Under the pieces are notes generated by a model. It made no database searches. It was not told where the DNA came from and saw only the letters and a list, made by a program, of their open reading frames with translations. A stretch of DNA of 33,471 nucleotides from a virus (Duplodnaviria > Caudoviricetes), in the IMG/VR virus record IMGVR_UViG_3300024219_000013, positions 1-33,471 of that record; one strand, 5' to 3'. A program made the position numbers and the translations under genes. Of this stretch, positions 31,964 through 33,471 are shown piece by piece; positions within the stretch are counted from its first letter, which is position 1, and each line of letters begins with the position of its first letter.

Positions 31964-32756
31964 CATCAGCGTGGGGGCAGCGGTACTTGGCTCGGCGGTT
32001 ATCGGCGCTGGCTCGCAAATGCTTGGCAGCAGCCAGGCGGCGGGAGCCGCGAAGGACAGCGCCAACCTACAGAAAATGCAGTACCTGATGACGCGGCAGG
32101 ATCTGTCGCCGTTCATGGCTGCGGGTGCGAGCGCGCTGCCGGGACTGTCGGCGCTGGCCAATGCGGGGCCAACCGGCGGCGGGCCGAATTACGTCGATCT
32201 GGCGTATAACCAATACCTGCCGCCCCGGATGACGCAGGCGGAACTGGAGCAGACGCCCGGATATCAGTTTCAGCTTCAGCAAGGCTTGAAACAGACGCAG
32301 AGCGCAGCGGCAGCGCGCGGACTTGGTGTCAGCGGTGCGAGCCTTAAGGGCGCGGCGGAGTTTGTCACGGGGTTGGCGGACAAGAACTACCAGAACCAGT
32401 TCAACAACGCGCAGACCCGCTTCAACGACGTGCTCGCGCTGAACACCGGCCAGCAGGGGCAACTCACCAACCAGTTCCAGCGGCTGTTCGATACAGCGCG
32501 GCTGGGAGAGAACGCTGCGGCAGGCTTAGGCACGCAGGGGGTTGATGCGGCGAGAAACGCCGGTAATGCGCTGACAACGGCGGGGCAAACGGAGGCGGCG
32601 GGACTGACCGGCGCCAGCAATGCGCTGAACCAGGGCGTGCAGAATTACCTGAGCTACGACGCGTTCAAGAACTACTCGAGCCCGCAGAGCACGTTCGGGG
32701 GCGGCGGTAGTCCTGGTAGTTGGTCCACATGGAACACTGGGGGGGCCGCTGGATGA
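31956..32756 (+). CDS. DNA ejection/pilot protein (P22 gp7-like)
   Basis: Hydrophobic Gly/Ala N-terminus, 'LSPF..AG..AL', 'TPGYQFQLQQG', 'AAARG...SGA.LK', Gln/Asn-rich. Confidence 0.8.
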   Translation: MPSISVGAAVLGSAVIGAGSQMLGSSQAAGAAKDSANLQKMQYLMTRQDLSPFMAAGASALPGLSALANAGPTGGGPNYVDLAYNQYLPPRMTQAELEQTPGYQFQLQQGLKQTQSAAAARGLGVSGASLKGAAEFVTGLADKNYQNQFNNAQTRFNDVLALNTGQQGQLTNQFQRLFDTARLGENAAAGLGTQGVDAARNAGNALTTAGQTEAAGLTGASNALNQGVQNYLSYDAFKNYSSPQSTFGGGGSPGSWSTWNTGGAAG

Positions 32757-33471
32757 GTGGCTCGAACTTCGGCCTGGCACCGCCGGTTGTCGTCAACCCG
32801 CTGGCAGCGCAGACCACGGCGCTCGAGGCGGCAACCAAAGTCTACGGGCTGAGAGAGAAGCAGTCCGATGAGGCGTGGGGACAGGCGCTTCAGGCCGCGA
32901 CGGACGCAAATGGGAACGTGGATCTGCCGAAGGCGCAATCGCTCGCAGCGCAGAACCCGCTGGCACGTCAGGGCATGCTCAAGGCGCTGGGACAGACCTC
33001 AACCATTCAAGGCGAGCAACTCAATCAGGGGATTGCACGGAACAAGGCGGTGAGTAACGCCATCGTGGGCGCGCTGGATGGTGATGATGCCGGGCTGCAT
33101 GATCGTGTTGTTGGTGGGCTGCGGAGCCTCGTTGCCAGCGGCGGCTGGACACAGGAACAAGCAACCAGGGCGGCGCTCGCTCTACCGTCTGATCCGACGC
33201 AACTACGACAACGGCTGCAGCAGATCCAGATTTCGTTGTCGCCGCCTGAGCTGCAGCAACAGCAGATTTCCGGCAGGTTGGGCACACAGACCGGGCCGGG
33301 CGGTCAAACGATCGGTACACGCCAGAACCTCCGCACGGGTGCCGTGGATGCGCCGACGCAACAAGGCGCCCCGCAAGGGCTGACAGCCGAGCAAGCCGCC
33401 GAGCGTACGAAATGGCTGCAGTCGCCAAGAGATTATCCCGACCCGACCAATCCCACCGTCACTAAGCACGG
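32753..33471 (+). CDS. Second ejection/internal virion protein (truncated by the window edge)
   Basis: ATGA overlap; open frame MSGSNFGLAPPVVVNPLAAQ... to the end of the window; Gln/Ala-rich. Confidence 0.7.
   Translation, partial: MSGSNFGLAPPVVVNPLAAQTTALEAATKVYGLREKQSDEAWGQALQAATDANGNVDLPKAQSLAAQNPLARQGMLKALGQTSTIQGEQLNQGIARNKAVSNAIVGALDGDDAGLHDRVVGGLRSLVASGGWTQEQATRAALALPSDPTQLRQRLQQIQISLSPPELQQQQISGRLGTQTGPGGQTIGTRQNLRTGAVDAPTQQGAPQGLTAEQAAERTKWLQSPRDYPDPTNPTVTKH

Larger units (their letters stand above)
1..33471. mobile_element. P22-like temperate phage/prophage of a probable alphaproteobacterial host
   Basis: Lambdoid gene order with P22-type portal, coat, gp4, gp10 and ejection proteins; no host genes seen. 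Confidence 0.93.

Noticed and set aside
1-33471. tRNA, rRNA, integrase or endolysin genes
   Set aside because: None recognised by eye; lysis and integration functions may lie outside the window

Overview
This GC-rich window is most of the genome of a temperate-type, P22-like (podovirus) phage. GcrA homologues point to an alphaproteobacterial host. Gene order, left to right: a leftward early operon (RecT-like annealing protein, Gp157-like protein); a divergent CI/Cro-like switch with 17-bp operators; a rightward early operon (GcrA-like proteins, VRR-NUC nuclease, adenine methyltransferase, ParB-domain protein, replication initiator with internal iterons, NusG-like antiterminator); terS; a cargo cluster including a PEP-CTERM protein; terL; portal; scaffold; coat; tail genes; and DNA-ejection proteins running off the right edge. 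Two free-standing HNH endonucleases are inserted in the late region. The most striking feature is a 141-aa gene between scaffold and coat. It consists of two fragments of the phage's own coat protein in reversed order, each preceded by a Trp/Arg-rich amphipathic segment, and it is conserved at the protein level but synonymously diverged. It is a candidate capsid mimic/decoy or assembly modulator. Other notable items are a gp10-like tail hub split over two genes by nested domain insertions, a perfect 24-bp palindrome inside the ParB-domain gene, an RBS-sequestering hairpin with a candidate internal promoter on an HNH gene, and structured leaders in the late operon. All family calls come from motif recognition by eye, not from database searches.
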